Shown here: positions 42,863-57,378 of the stretch, in pieces
How positions within the stretch are numbered: position 1 is the first letter of the stretch
Layout: each line of letters opens with the position of its first letter
Source of the DNA: the human T2T-CHM13v2.0 reference genome, Homo sapiens
Reading direction: 5' to 3' (one strand)
Length of the DNA stretch: 64,000 nucleotides
Assembly: GCF_009914755.1 (NCBI RefSeq)
Contig: NC_060937.1
The notes under the pieces: model-generated
Databases searched by the model: none
Seen by the model: only the letters and a program-made list of their open reading frames with translations
Told to the model about the DNA's origin: nothing
Made by a program: the position numbers and the translations under genes

Positions 42863-42960
42863 GAGCTATGATCAGGCCACAGCACTCCAGCCTCGGTGAC
42901 CAAGCGAGACCCTGTCTCAAAAAAAAAAAAAAAAAAAAAAAAGAAAAGAAAAAAGAAAAG
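42863..42960 (+). mobile_element. Severely 5'-truncated Alu (3' end plus A-tail)
   Basis: 'gagctatgatc..gcactccagcctcggtgaccaagcgagaccctgtctc' then A-rich tail. Confidence 0.85.
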
Positions 42961-43084
42961 GTCAAAGAAGAAGAGTGAAGAGCATATCCCCTAACAGGGC
43001 TGTTGTAGGAATCAGAGAGAATTAATAGAAGCTTCTTATCTCACACAAAGTCATTCCTTATTGGTCATTAATAATTGTTTATCA

Positions 43085-43200
43085 GCAGGGCATGGTGTCA
43101 AGTGCACCTGTAGTCCTAGCTACCTGGGAGGCTGAGGCTGGAGGATGCTTCAGCCCAGGAGTTCAAGGCCAGCCTGGGCAACACAGAGACACCACATCTC
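43085..43200 (+). mobile_element. FLAM_A-type Alu monomer
   Basis: Single arm 'cctgtagtcctagctacctgggaggctgagg..cccaggagttcaaggccagcctgggcaaca'. Confidence 0.8.
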
Positions 43201-43434
43201 CAAATACATGCGTATATACATACGTACATACATATTTTGTTTCTCAACCCGTTTCCCAGCCTTTCGCTGAGGGCAGAATATTAACAATTAAAGGGCGAGA
43301 CTGAGATCAAAGAGTTACAGGCTTTTAAAATGTGCGTAATAGATCAGTGCGGAAGGTTGTATCCCGGGGTCTATTTACTTTTTCTCAAGATCTGGAAGCC
43401 TGAGTCCCCTCCCAAGCGGTTAAGAGGCGGGCTT

Positions 43435-43453
43435 GGGCGCCCTCTAGCGGTGA
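43435..43453 (-). promoter_or_regulatory. CTCF core motif
   Basis: Reverse strand reads TCACCGCTAGAGGGCGCCC, matching CC(A/G)(C/G)(C/T)AG(A/G)(G/T)GGC(G/A)(C/G), in a CpG-retaining patch. Confidence 0.75.
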
Positions 43454-43919
43454 TCTGTGGTAACCGTTCCCTACTCAGCGGCAGCGCCTTGAGTTGAAAA
43501 TGCATTTATAATGACGGAGGGATGCTCATGATGTCATTTTCCAGAGTCGAGGAAGGAGCTTTGTGGTTTTGAGGGCCTCCTTCCCGAGAACCGCAGGTAC
43601 CCTGCCAGGCTTGCTCCGACCACCACTTTGTAGAACAGGTCAGAGCAGCACAGTTTGCAGACAAAAGCCACAGCATGGCTGGGTGGGCAGTAGGCACTTC
43701 GGGACCTTACAGGGATTTCTGCTGAAATTACATTCTTTGAAAATGTGATCGTGATGGGAGATGATGGTGTTTTCTGGAATCTTTTTCATTAGCTCAGGGC
43801 AATGAATCTGTCCTACATAGACTGGCAAGGCGGCCATAATCCCCACTAAAAAAGGGTGGCACGGGATGCCCGCACAGGCTGTTTAGAACAAGAGACAGTG
43901 AGGGGATGCCAATGGGAAA

Positions 43920-44860
<941 letters not shown>

Positions 44861-46538
44861 AAAGGCAAGTCTGAGTTAAGGGTCGAACAACAAGATGCCC
44901 TCGTATGCAAAGCCAGCTTCCCTCTGTCCTTAAAGAGAGATTCCAGTTCAGAGATGAACTAAAAAGAAGCCTCAGTGGCCTCGTCTCAGCAGGCATGAAA
45001 AGAGGTGTGAGGCCAGGGGCGAGCAGTGGCCAGCTGCAAAGACCCGTGTTAAATAACTGAAGCAAGGATACATCAGACTCTAATATGTGGTGTGGCCTTC
45101 AATCAAGGGAGCTCCTGTTACAGCCATGGGTCCTGAGGGTCTCCAGGGAAGGGCGGTGACTGTTGAGGGGTATAAATGTCAAATCTTTTCCCAAGTCAGA
45201 GGCCTAAGAGCAGCAGTGGCTTACAGGGCTGACATATATAGTTGCATAGTCTGTGCACTGCACAAAGTCACCCAGCTGAGGGGAGACCCAGAGCTGACAT
45301 TTGGCATATGCTGTACTTCAAGCCAGGCACCCAGCAGAAGTCAACATCTGACCTGGAGGAAGAGGCGCCTTTATTTAACAGTTCTGCCCAAGGGGATCAT
45401 GTCATTAAAATTAGCACAAAAAAGATGGTAAGTGCTATCAGAGTCCCTGGAGGCCTAACAGACTGGGGTTCTCCCAGACAGTCAACCACTGTCGGGCCTG
45501 GCTGTTGAAGGAACATCACCAGCCATCGCCTGGGAAAGGCTTGATGGAAGATGCTGGACCTGGTGTGGAGAGGGGCATCCCCATCTGAGTGGGTGCACAG
45601 GACTGGGGTGGACAGGCTCGGTGGGAGGGGCTGTGCAAGAGATGTGGGCAGAAAGGCGGGACCATGATGACTATGGGGATTGCAACAAACTGTGGATAAA
45701 TGAATGCCTGCAAGGCAAGAAATGAAAAACTCTACAGAGATCAGTCACCTCCTCACGAACAAAGTACAGTTGCAATGTGACAACTCCCATAACAAATAGA
45801 AAAATACTGTGCTTAGGTGACCAGGGGGAAGGAAGCAAATCTGCCAGCCTGGGTTAGTGCTCCTGAGACCAGCACCAGCTTAGGACATTTCCTTCCAGAA
45901 ATGTGCAGCCCCCGCCCTCCTGAGAGCCCCGAGACACAGGCTAACATGACCCCAGACCTAGGGGTGCTGGTGGAAGAGGAGGCCTCAGCCCTGGCAGGTG
46001 ACAGCAGGCCTCACTCAGTCACCAGTGGAGGAAAGCAGGGCCATGTGGTCTTGAGGGGGCCACTCAGCCTGGGGCTTAAGACCGCACTATCCTGCAGGCC
46101 CTACATTCCAGCCTCAGATTCCTCTTCCATAAATGAAAAGAAGGGTGATATTCACTTTAAGGGGGAGTTTTAGAGATTGGAGATAAATGTCTAAAACCTG
46201 GTGAACACATAGCACACAACAGCCATTGTCCTGCAGGTAGGTGCCAGCCTTGTGCCCATCACCATCTAGTAAAACAGTTCAGAGCAGCACCACCTTGCAG
46301 GGAAAGGCCACAGCATGGCTGAGGGGGCAGTGGGCATTTGAGGACCTTACAGGGGGTTCTAATGGAATTACGTTCTCTGAAGATGTGGTAGTGGTGGCAC
46401 ACGCCACGCTCCAAGCCAGGCCTCCAGCCAGAGTCCATGTTCAATGTGGAGGAACGAGCTCCGGGTAGTCAGTATTGGCGTGAGACCACGCAGGCCTCTG
46501 TACCTAAGCGGGCTTAAAAATTATAAAATATCTGCTTC

Positions 46539-46882
46539 TGCTATAGACTGAATGTTTGTGCCCCCGCAAATTCGTATATCAAAACCTAACCTCAGTGTGT
46601 TGGTGATTGGAAGGTGCGGCCTTTGGGAGGTGATTAGGTCGTGAACGTGGAACCCTCGTGAATGAGATTAGTACCCGTGTAAAGGAGACCCCAAAGAGCT
46701 CTCTCAGCCCTCCCACCCCATGAGGACACAGCAAGAAGGCGCGATCTGTGGGCCAGGAAACAGGTTCTCCCCAGACACTGAGTCTGCTGGTACCTTGATC
46801 TTGGACTTCCAGCCTCCAGAACTGTGTTGTTGAGGCCACCAAGTCCGTGGCATTTTTGCCATAGCCCAAATGGACTAAGACA
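46539..46882 (+). mobile_element. MLT1A0-like solo LTR
   Basis: tgctatagactgaatgtttgtg ... ggactaagaca; TSD gcttc / ccttc. Confidence 0.88.
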
Positions 46883-47507
46883 CCTTCTTTGGGATAAAAA
46901 CTGATAAAGCCAGGGTGTCACATTAAAAACAACGAAGCTCAGGCAGCCACGATTTGCCTGTGGACTATGTGAACTTAACAGAGTGCACATGTTGGGGGGC
47001 AGGAGGGTACTCTTGGCATTGAAAGGCTACTAACACTTGGCACTCAGCATCAACAGCTGACTTCCTTTACATTCTCCACCGGGAGACTTGCATTACAAAA
47101 TGGGGCAGGTATTTCCCTGAAACCCAAGGGAGGCGGCCAAGTCAGGGGCACAGGAGCAGAGACAGAGGTAAGAGTTTCACTGAAGCAAGAGACCCTGGGG
47201 TCAGGGGCCAGCGTAGGCTTGAGATTGGCACAGGACCAGCACTGATGGGCTAGAGACACTCATGGGCACCAGCCTGGGGCAAGGCTTGAAGTCAATTCAC
47301 TTATTCCCCACTGTGGCGTTGGTATCTCTGAGCACAGTAACCTTGACCTCTCAGATGGTCACATAAAGCCAGAATACAGGCTGGAGGCCGTGTATATGCA
47401 GAAGCCAGTGTGGATTTGGCATGCAAGGGCGCATGAGGGTGTCAGGGCTGCTGAGGCTCCAGTCACAGCCGTTTCTGCCCCCACTTCCGGGAGGGATCAT
47501 GGCTTAG

Positions 47508-50262
47508 TGCTGTTGTTTGAATATTTGACCCTCCAAACTTCATGTTGACATTTGATCCCCAGTGTTGAAAGTAGGGCCTGGTGGGAGGTGTTTGGGTCAT
47601 GAGGGTGGATCTCATACATGGCTTAGTGCCATTCTCTTAGTAATGAACCAGTTCTCACTCTATTTGCTCCCACAAGAGCCAGTTGTTAAAAAGAGCCTGT
47701 CACCTCCTCCCTTCCTCTTGCTGCCTCTCTCTCCATGTGATATCTGTACATGCAGCTCCCCTTCACCTTCTGCCATGAGTAGAAGCAGCCTGAGGCCCTC
47801 ACATTGAAGCATATGCTGGTGCCATGTTGCTTGTACAGGCTGCAGAACCATAGGCCAAATAAACCTCTTTTCTGTATAAATGACCAGTCTCAGGTATTCC
47901 TTTATAACAACACAAACAGAGAGAAAATTAGTACCAGGGAGTGGGATGTTGCTATAAAGACACCTGAAAATGTAGAAGTGGTTTTGGAACTGGGTAATGG
48001 GCAGAGGTTGGAAGAGTTTGGAAGGCTCAGAAGACAGAAAGACAAGGGAAAGTTAGTAACTTCTTAGAGATTAATCAAGTCATTATGATCAAAATGCTGA
48101 TAGAAATACAGATAGTAAAGGCCACACCCCAAAACTTTGGGAGGCCAAGGTAGACATATCCCTTGAGCCCTGAAGTTCAAGACCAGCCTGGGCAACATAG
48201 CAAAACCTCATCTCTACCAAAAATAAAATAAAATTAGCTGGATGTGGTGGCACATGCCTGTAGTCCAAGCTAGTTGGGAGGCTGAGGTGGTAGGATTGAT
48301 TACTTAAGCCTGGGAGACAGAGGTTGCAGTGAGCCAAGATTATGCTGCTGGACTCCAGCCTAGGTGACAGAGTGAGACCTTGTCTCAAAAAAAGTAAAAA
48401 ATAAATTTTTTAAATAAGAAGCCCACACTGCCATGTTCTCAAGATGGAAATAGGGAACTTATTGGGAACTGGAGCAAAGGTCCCCCATGTTACACCCTAG
48501 CAAAAAATTTGACTGCTTTGTGTCCTTGCTGTAGAGCTTTGTGGAAGGCTGAACTTAAGAGTGATGACCTAGGATATCTGGAGGAAGAAATTTCTAAGCA
48601 GTAAAGTGCTCAGACTACTGTGTGTTTACTTCTAACTTCTTACGGTAAATTGGTAGAGAAGAAGGAAACAGGGCATAAAAATTTGGAAAATTTGCAGCCT
48701 GGCTGTGTCAGAGAGAAGGAAAGAGCATTTTCAGAAGAGGAATCCAAGGGTGCTATAGAGCAATCACTTGCTAGAGAGATTAGCACAGATAAAAGGGAGC
48801 CAGGTACTAATAGTCAAGACAATGAGGAAAAGGCCCCAGAGGCATTTCAGAAATCTTCAAGGATACTTTTCCCATCACAGGCTCAGAGGCCTCAGAAGAC
48901 AGAATTATTTTTGGGGACAGGCCCAGGGTGCTGCTGTACTGTGCTGCCTTGAGATACTGATACTGCTCTTCATATCCAGGCCACTCTGGTTCCAGCTGTG
49001 GCTCAAACAACTTCAGGTTATGTTCTGGCCAACACTCTGAAGGGCACAAGCTGTAAGCCTTGGAAGCTTCCACCTGATGTTAGTCTGCAAACACACAGGA
49101 TGCAAGAATGGTGGGGGCTTGGTGGCTTCTACCTAGATTTCAGAGGATATATCTGAGAGCCTGGGTACCCAAGCAGAAGCCTATCATAGGGATGGGGCCC
49201 TCACAGAGAGACTCTACTAGCGCAGTGCTGAGGGGAAATGTGGGGGAGTTGGAGCCCCCACACAGAGTCCCCACTGGGACACTGCCTACTGGGACTGTGG
49301 GAAGGGGGCTGCCAACCTACCATTGTCAGAAGTAACTTGAGACCGTACCTGGAAATGCTGCAGGCACTCAACTACAACCCATGAAAGCAGCCACAGGGGA
49401 TGTGCCTAGAAAAGCAATGGGACTAGGCTGCCCAAGGCCTTGGGAGCCTACTCCTCACACCAGTGTGCCCAGGGGCATGGCATCAAAGGAGATTATTTTT
49501 AAGCTTTAAGGTTTAATGTCTGCCCTGCTGGGTTTCAGACTCGCATAGGGCCTATTACCCTTTTCTTTTGGCTGATTTCTCCATTTTGGAATCGGAGTGT
49601 CTATCCAATGCCTGCACCACCATTGTATCTTGGAAGTAAATAACCTGATTTTGATTTAACAGGCTCACAGTTGTAAGGGACTTGCCTTGAGTCTCAGAGG
49701 AGGCTTTGAACTTTGATTTTTGAGTTAATGCTGAAATGAATTAAGACTTTTGGGAATATTGGCAAGAAATGATGGTATTTTGCATGTGAGAAGGACATGA
49801 GATTTGGGGTGCCACGGGCAGAATGCTATAGTTTGGATGCTTATCTCTCCAAATCTCATGTTGAAATTTGTTCTCCAATGTTGGAGGTGAGGCCTAGTGG
49901 GAGGTAGTTGGGTCACAGAGGCAGATCCCTCATGAATGTCTTGGTGCTGTCCTCACAGTGCTGAGTGAGTTCTTGCTCTATTAACTCCCATGAGAGCTGG
50001 TTGTTAACAGAGCCTGACATCTCCCTGCTCTCTCTCTCTTTTTCTCTCTCTTGCTTCCTCTCTCACCATGTGATCTCTGCACACCTCAATTCTTCTTCCC
50101 TTTCCACCATGAGTGGAAGCATCCTGAGTTCCTCACCAGAAGCAGATACTGGGGCCACACTTCTTGTACAGCCTGCAAAACTGTGAGACAAGTAAACCCC
50201 TTTTCTTTATAAATTACCCAGCCTCAGGTATTCCTTTATAGCAACACAAATGGACTAAAACA
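47508..50262 (+). mobile_element. Complete MST (MSTB1-like) MaLR provirus: LTR about 47508-47921, internal about 47922-49823, LTR 49824-50262
   Basis: Two homologous LTRs; MaLR internal start 'gaaaattagtaccagggagtggg..ttggaactgggtaatgggcagaggttggaagagttt'; perfect TSD cttag (47503-47507 / 50263-50267). Confidence 0.92.
48128..48418 (+). mobile_element. AluJ nested in the MST internal region
   Basis: Slightly 5'-truncated; TSD-like aaaggccacac / gaagcccacac. Confidence 0.88.
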
Positions 50263-51263
50263 CTTAGCAACCAAGACTACTCCTCACTGGGGCTCTTTCA
50301 GGGTTCTACTCCTGCTTCACCAGGTCCCACTGGGTCTCCTTTAGGAGAAGCTTCTCCCAGCAGCTCCCATCCCACTAGGAGTCCAAAAAAATGGCCAAAG
50401 CTTTCAGTGGACTCAGGTCCTGCAGTATCATACACAAGGCCACTCAATGATCTCTCATCTGAATAGGCCCCAACACAACCAGCTCCCCCACCACCACCAC
50501 AGGGGCCAAGCCTTCCCACTCTGCAAACTTCCTGCTCTTTCTGAGGAGGATGCTGATTAGACTCTGAGCTGTTTGAGTATGGAGTCTTATGATTTAGAAG
50601 GCAGTTTCTGCTTTATTCCACTGCGGCAGCCTCTGCCAATAATGGGACACTGTTGAGAGCTGACAGGCCTCTGACAAGCGCCATTGTTTTTTCATAGGAG
50701 TTCATGTGAAAATAGCTTCATATTCTAAGCTGACATATAGTCACTTTAGGTAACTAAACTAACTTGCTCTGTGAACAGTAACAGTCAGTGCTGGGCTTCT
50801 GTTCATTCCGTTGTTCCCTATTGTTCCATGGCAGGAAATGTTGTTCATGAAACCCATCTCTCTCCTTGGGCACACAACTGGATTATGTTTCCCAGCCTCC
50901 CGTGGTTAGGGTGGTCATGTAACTGGGCTCCAGCCTGGCCCATGAAACCTTCCTGTGTATGGGTCTCTGTGCTCTTTCCCCTTCTGCCAGATCATAAAAA
51001 AGAGCATGAAAATGATTTGCAGAAGATGGGGAAGCCACTAGATTAATGATCCTGGGATGCTGAATCACTACCTGAAGGAGAACCCTTCTCTGATCTGGAA
51101 ACCAGTTATAAAGTAGGTTCATCATGTACTGGTTACCAACCAACTTGTCTGAGTCCAGCGAGACAGAACACACACATGTGCAACAAGTTACATAAAGCAG
51201 ATTTATGACGTGCAGAAGGCAGCAAGGGACAGAAGAGCATAAGATTCACTGTGAGCCAGACCT

Positions 51264-52150
51264 TATATTAGTCCATCCTCACACTGCTATGAAGAACTAC
51301 CTGAGACTGGGTAATATATAAAGAAAAGAGGTTTAATTGACTCAAATTTCTGCAGGCTGTAGAGGAGGCACAACCGGGGAGGCCTCAGGAGAGAGAGAGA
51401 CAGTGAAGAGGCAAGTGCCACACACTTTTTTTTAACTTTAAGTTCCAGGATACAAGTGCAGAATGTGTAGGTTTGTTGCACAGGTATACATGTGTCATGG
51501 TGGTTTGTTGCATCTATCAACCCATTGTCTAGGTTTTAAGCCCCGCATGCATTAGCTATTTGTCCTAATGCTATCCCTCCCCTTGCCCCCAACCCCCCAA
51601 CTGGCCCTGGTGTGTGTTATTCCTCTCCCTGTGTCCTTGTGTTCTCACTGTTCAACTCCCACTTATGAGTGGGAACATGTGGTGTTTGGTTTTCTGTTCC
51701 TGCAATAGTTTGCTGAGAATGATGGTTTCCAGCTTCGTCTATGTCCCTGCAAAGGAAATGAACTAATTCCTTTTTACTGCTGCATAGTATTCCATGGTGT
51801 ATATGTACCACATTTTCTTTATCCAGTCTATCATTGATGGGCATTTGGGTTGATTCCATGTCTTTGCTATTGTAAATAGTGCTACAGTAAGCATATGCGT
51901 GCATGTGTCTTTATAGTAGAATGATTCATAGTCCTTTGGGTACCATTTGACCCAACAATCCCATTACTGGGTATATAGCCACACACTTTTAAACCATCAG
52001 AAGTCATGAGACCTCACTCACTATCACAAGAACAGCAAGGGGGAAATCCATCCCCATGAACCAATCACCTCCCACCAGGACCCTCCCCCAGGATTGAGAA
52101 TTACAATTCAACATGAGATACGGGTGGGGACACAGAGCCAAACCATATCA
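51264..52150 (-). mobile_element. MSTA-like LTR, split by L1PA
   Basis: 'tattagtccat..aagaactacctgagactgggtaat..gggacacagagccaaaccatatca'; TSD gacct / ggcct. Confidence 0.88.
51430..51977 (-). mobile_element. L1PA7/8-like 3' end with short 5' inversion
   Basis: Minus-strand body to about 51942, then plus-oriented 'ccatttgacccaacaatcccattactgggtatata'; TSD gccacacactttt (51417-51429 / 51978-51990). Confidence 0.9.
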
Positions 52151-52579
52151 GGCCTCCAAGGCTCAAGAAAGCTGTCCAGGGTGGATGGATTCTCAACTGT
52201 GCATGTCTCACTTGCATCACAGCTGAGGGACCCCCAAAAGGCAGCCTGCCCTGGGTTATAGAGCTCAGGGGCACATGACCCACTGGGCTAAAACCTTGAG
52301 GGGCATTCTACTTCCAGGGAAGAGAGAATCAAAGCCTTGGCTGCCCCAGGCATTTCCTCTCTAACTCAAGATGTTACATTTTCTAGGAGGAACAGGAACA
52401 AGGATCAGGCTGTTTTGGGCAGCCCATCTCAGGATGTTGTATTCTAGGCATATTCTACAGTTATTCTTAAGAACTGCAAGTATGAAAGGGGGAAGAACTG
52501 GGTCAGTCTGAGGCCACCCACAGAAATATCCTGCACCAATTTTGGACCTCAAAAGTCAGAAATAAACTTCCAAACTTCC

Positions 52580-53194
<615 letters not shown>

Positions 53195-53788
53195 GGAACA
53201 AATTAGAGCAAGACTTCATCTCAAAAAAAAAAAGGAAGAAATTAGAGCAAGACTTCATCTCAAAAAAGAAAAGGAAGAAATTTTTATCACTTTTGAACCA
53301 TGGCATTTGGGGGGTTATTTCTAACAGCAGTTGGCGTTGCTCTTAGTCTTCACCCAAGGCTTCAGCTTCCACTGTTTGTCACAGATCACATTAACCTAGA
53401 TGGGAACCTAAGCTTCCCCTGAACTCCTGCAAAAACACCTCTCACAAAGCATCTGGGTTTGGGGTAGAAAGGGCCTCAGGACTTGTATCACAGTGATGGA
53501 AATCGTTCCATACTGAATATAAAATGCCCATTTGGAAATGTCTTTTGCCTGCTGTGTCGCCAGAGAATTCCCACCAGAACTCCCTTTACAATATAGGACC
53601 TTGACCTCTGCATTCCCCTGGCCCCTTATGGACTCCAAAATTTATTGTATTGTCAAAGTACAGGAATCCTCTATCAAAGACTGGGTAGGGCCTTGAAACT
53701 GAAGTTTAGGAAACATGTCCTATTTTTCTCTTTTTCTGCTGTGACATACTATGTTTTCTGAGACAAATGAGCATAGGAAACGGTTCAC

Positions 53789-54310
53789 CGTGGTACACAA
53801 AATAGTGGGCTCCCAAAGATGTCCACACCTGAATCCCTGGATCCTATTAATATGTTGCATTATATGGCAGGGGCTTTCTAGATGCAACTAAAGTTAGGGA
53901 CCTTAAATAGGGAGATTATCCTCTATTACCCGGATGGGCTCAACCTAAGCACATGAGTCCTTAAATTAAGCAGAGAACTTTCTCTGGCTGGAGTCAAAGT
54001 AATGAGACAGAAAAGGAAAAAGAAAGAGAAATTAAAAGCTTGAGAGGGTCTTCTCCCCTGTCCCCCTCACCCCCACTTCCAGTTGCTGGAAGGGGTCCAC
54101 ATGGGATGCACTTGAAGTAATTTGGGCAGCCTCTAGGAGCACAGATTGACTCCCGGATAACAGCCAACAAGGAAACAGGGACCTCAGTTCTGCAGCTGCA
54201 AAAAACTGAATCTGCCCAAAAACCTCAATGATATTGGAAGCAGATTCATTCTCAAAGCCTCCAGAAAAGAATTCAGCCCTCCCAACATCTTAACTCCAGC
54301 CTTATGAGAT
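53789..54310 (+). mobile_element. MLT1D/E-type LTR, 3'-truncated
   Basis: 'cccaaagatgtccac..gggagattatcc..ggcagcctctaggagc..caaggaaacagggacctcagtt..gagcctccagaaaagaa'-like motifs. Confidence 0.8.
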
Positions 54311-54314
54311 TGAT

Positions 54315-55370
54315 AGCACCCCATTTCATTCACCAGTCTGGGCCCCTGTAAAAATCAACAGGATCATTTGGGACTGTAGTAAACTTAACCCCGTGCTAGG
54401 CTCAATTGCAGCTGCTGTGCTAGCGGTGATAGCTTTACTGCAGCCAACACAGACTTAGGAAACTGGCATGCAGCTTTTAGTCTGGAGAGTATGTCTTTTC
54501 AGTCCCCGGCAGGAAGGAGGATCAGAAGTTGCTGCAGTCACTTGGAACAGACAGCAGTACACATTCACGATCTGACCTCAGGGCTGTGTTAACTCTCCTC
54601 CTTTCTAAATAGTATAATCTGAAAAGAACTTGATCACATGAACCTTCCACAAATCATCATACTGATTGTATTTATGACATCATGTTAATTAGACCTAGAG
54701 ATCAGGAAGTGTCAGGTACTCTGGAGTCCCTGAGAAAACAAAACTGTCCCATAGGGCAAAAAGTAAACCAAAAAGACCCAGAATTCTGCCAGGTGGATGA
54801 ATATTTTCAGAGTCTAGCAGTCTTAGATGAGCTGAGCTATCTCCTCTGAGGAAAAGAACAAGTGATTGTGCCTTCAGCCTCCTACCACTGAGAGCAATAC
54901 TCCACGGTGAATAAGCCTCTTTGGATTGTAGAGACAGCACATACTACACTTGAGAATATCACTCTGACCTCAATTTGGTGACTCAGAAAGCTGTAAGTTT
55001 TGAGTAGGGCTCAGAGTGAGATTGGACTCTGCAGTAGCAAACTGTGGTATAAACAGCCCTCCCCCGGGCTGTGTAATCTGACAGATCCCATGTGCTAGGA
55101 ATATCCACAGGTGTTAAGGATGATATGTGGAGCTTCAAGAGGAGAGTCGCTGCACAGATCCTTAGTATTCTGGAGAAAGGCTGTGACACCAGAGGCAGAG
55201 GAATAGCTACCATTCAAAAACTCAACCCTGCAATGCCCTCCTAGCCATTGAATACCTGCACCTGAGACATCAAATGACTGTGAGCAGGAGCCACACTAGT
55301 ATTGCCAGGCACAGCAAATCAGTGTCAGGCAGACACAGCAGCAATCCATTACATATAGGACCGGTCAGGT
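54315..55370 (+). mobile_element. ERVL pol remnant (reverse transcriptase and connection domain), decayed
   Basis: Degenerate motifs PFHSPVWAP, KLNPVLGSIAAAV, W..QQYTFTI*PQGCVNSP and (Y)IYDIMLI, matching recalled HERV-L RT (PFNSPIWP, KLNQVVTPIAAAV, QQYTFTVLPQGYINSP, YIDDIMLI). Confidence 0.85.
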
Positions 55371-55711
55371 CAGTGTTTGATTGTCCCACACCCCATAGCC
55401 ACACAGCGCAACTCAGCAGCGCTCAGTTCAGCCCAGAGTCCTTCCTGCTTTCTCTCCCAGTCTTCTCAGCAGCTACTTCAGACTTGTGACCATCTCTTGA
55501 ACCATCTCTCTCACTCTCTTCCATTCATTTTCATCAGTAACCTTAGAGTCCACTACCCTTTGAAATAGATAATCACCGTCGCCCTCCCTCATCTCCCATT
55601 CACTCCTTAACCTACTGCTGTCTTTATTCCATCCCTAGCTCCATGGGAATGGGAGCTGCCTTCATAAACAAAGAGCCCAGATTTCCAAAGCCTTGTGTAA
55701 ATCCTCGCTCT

Positions 55712-56033
<322 letters not shown>

Positions 56034-57327
56034 AGTCCTCGCTTTTCTGACTCTTCTTTGCATTTGGTTTTGTGGATTCTCCTTGCCCCCTTTGAAACAC
56101 TTCTTCCCTGATGCTGTACTCTTTTGGGTTCCCCTCACCTCTCTCAGTCTGTTTGAGGACTGGCTTCCTCTCCACCACTGCAGATATTGACAGGGAAATC
56201 CCTGTCCCTTAATTCCTAGGTGCAGACATTCTAAAGTGAGACCTTTGGCAATAAAAGATTCTAACACTGGGTATTAGCAAAACAAAGAGGGATGGATGCT
56301 TTGGCCAAGGTGATTGGGTGAAAGGGCAGACGCGGTGTTGAATGTTTGGACTTTTGAGAATTTCGACTTTTAGTGCCCATTTTTTTCCTATTATTTTCGC
56401 ATATCTTTTGGTCTTGGGGTGTCCTTTGCTTAGAAAGCACTTAGGAATGTGAAATGGGAAAGAGAGAGGCTCAGAACAGTGACCCAGAACCAACAACCAA
56501 GAAGCCTGGGAGCTATGGTCCTTAAGAGAAAGAAAGGAAAGACATATTATCCTCCAGCTGTTCAGCCTAGCTTACTAGGGTAGGAAGGAGGCAGGAATAG
56601 AGGGAAAATGCCATTATCAGGAAAAAAACACTGGCCATATGGCCAGGTGGTCTGCAGTGCACTCTCCCTGCAGAATCTCAGCCTTGTAGACGGGCCCTAA
56701 AGACTTTTTTTTTTTTTTTATGAGCCAAGATGGAAACTTACTGAAGGTGCAGCGTTTTGTTTCTTTCATCTTTTGAGAATAATTATGCTTTGCTATTCTT
56801 TTTGTCTCTTTACTCCCTACTCTGTTTCTTACATTCATTGATTTATGAAAATAATACTAACTGAGCATTATCTACTCCAGGCGTCCTCAACCACAGAAGT
56901 CATAGTGGTGATTAGGGCCGGCATGACCTGGCTTCTCTTCCTTCCTCTCCTGCCAAGCTCCACGCCTGATTCTATTTCCATTTCTAGCTCCATTTCTCCC
57001 CCATTCAAATCACCCCATCCCTCTCCCTCCCTATGCCTATAATGCACTTTTCACCCAGTCAGCACATACATATTGAGTGCCTCTGGTGTGGCAGACACCA
57101 ATTGGGTCCTGGAGTACAGCAGTGAACAAACAAATGAGTTTCCATCTTTCAGAGGCCTCACACACTAATGACCCTGAAGAACCTAGACAGGTCAGATCTC
57201 AAAACATAGTAAGCACCAAAGACAGTTCACTCCATATTCAGATTGATTTGGAAAACAGAGTGAGCTGACCTCCAGGCTGGGGAGACAACTTGGTCCAGCT
57301 ATTGGGGACTGCAGAGAGCAGAAGAGA

Positions 57328-57330
<3 letters not shown>

Positions 57331-57375
<45 letters not shown>

Positions 57376-57378
57376 CGT
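57331..57378. repeat. (TG)n microsatellite
   Basis: About 20 pure TG units followed by GCGT. Confidence 0.97.

Larger units (their letters stand above)
51107..52535 (-). mobile_element. ERVL LTR (MER54/MER73/LTR53-type), split by MSTA
   Basis: 'ggttaccaac..gagacagaacac..cattctacagttattctt.agaact..gaactgggtcagtc..ggccaccc..cctgca'; TSD ccagt / ccaat. Confidence 0.7.
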
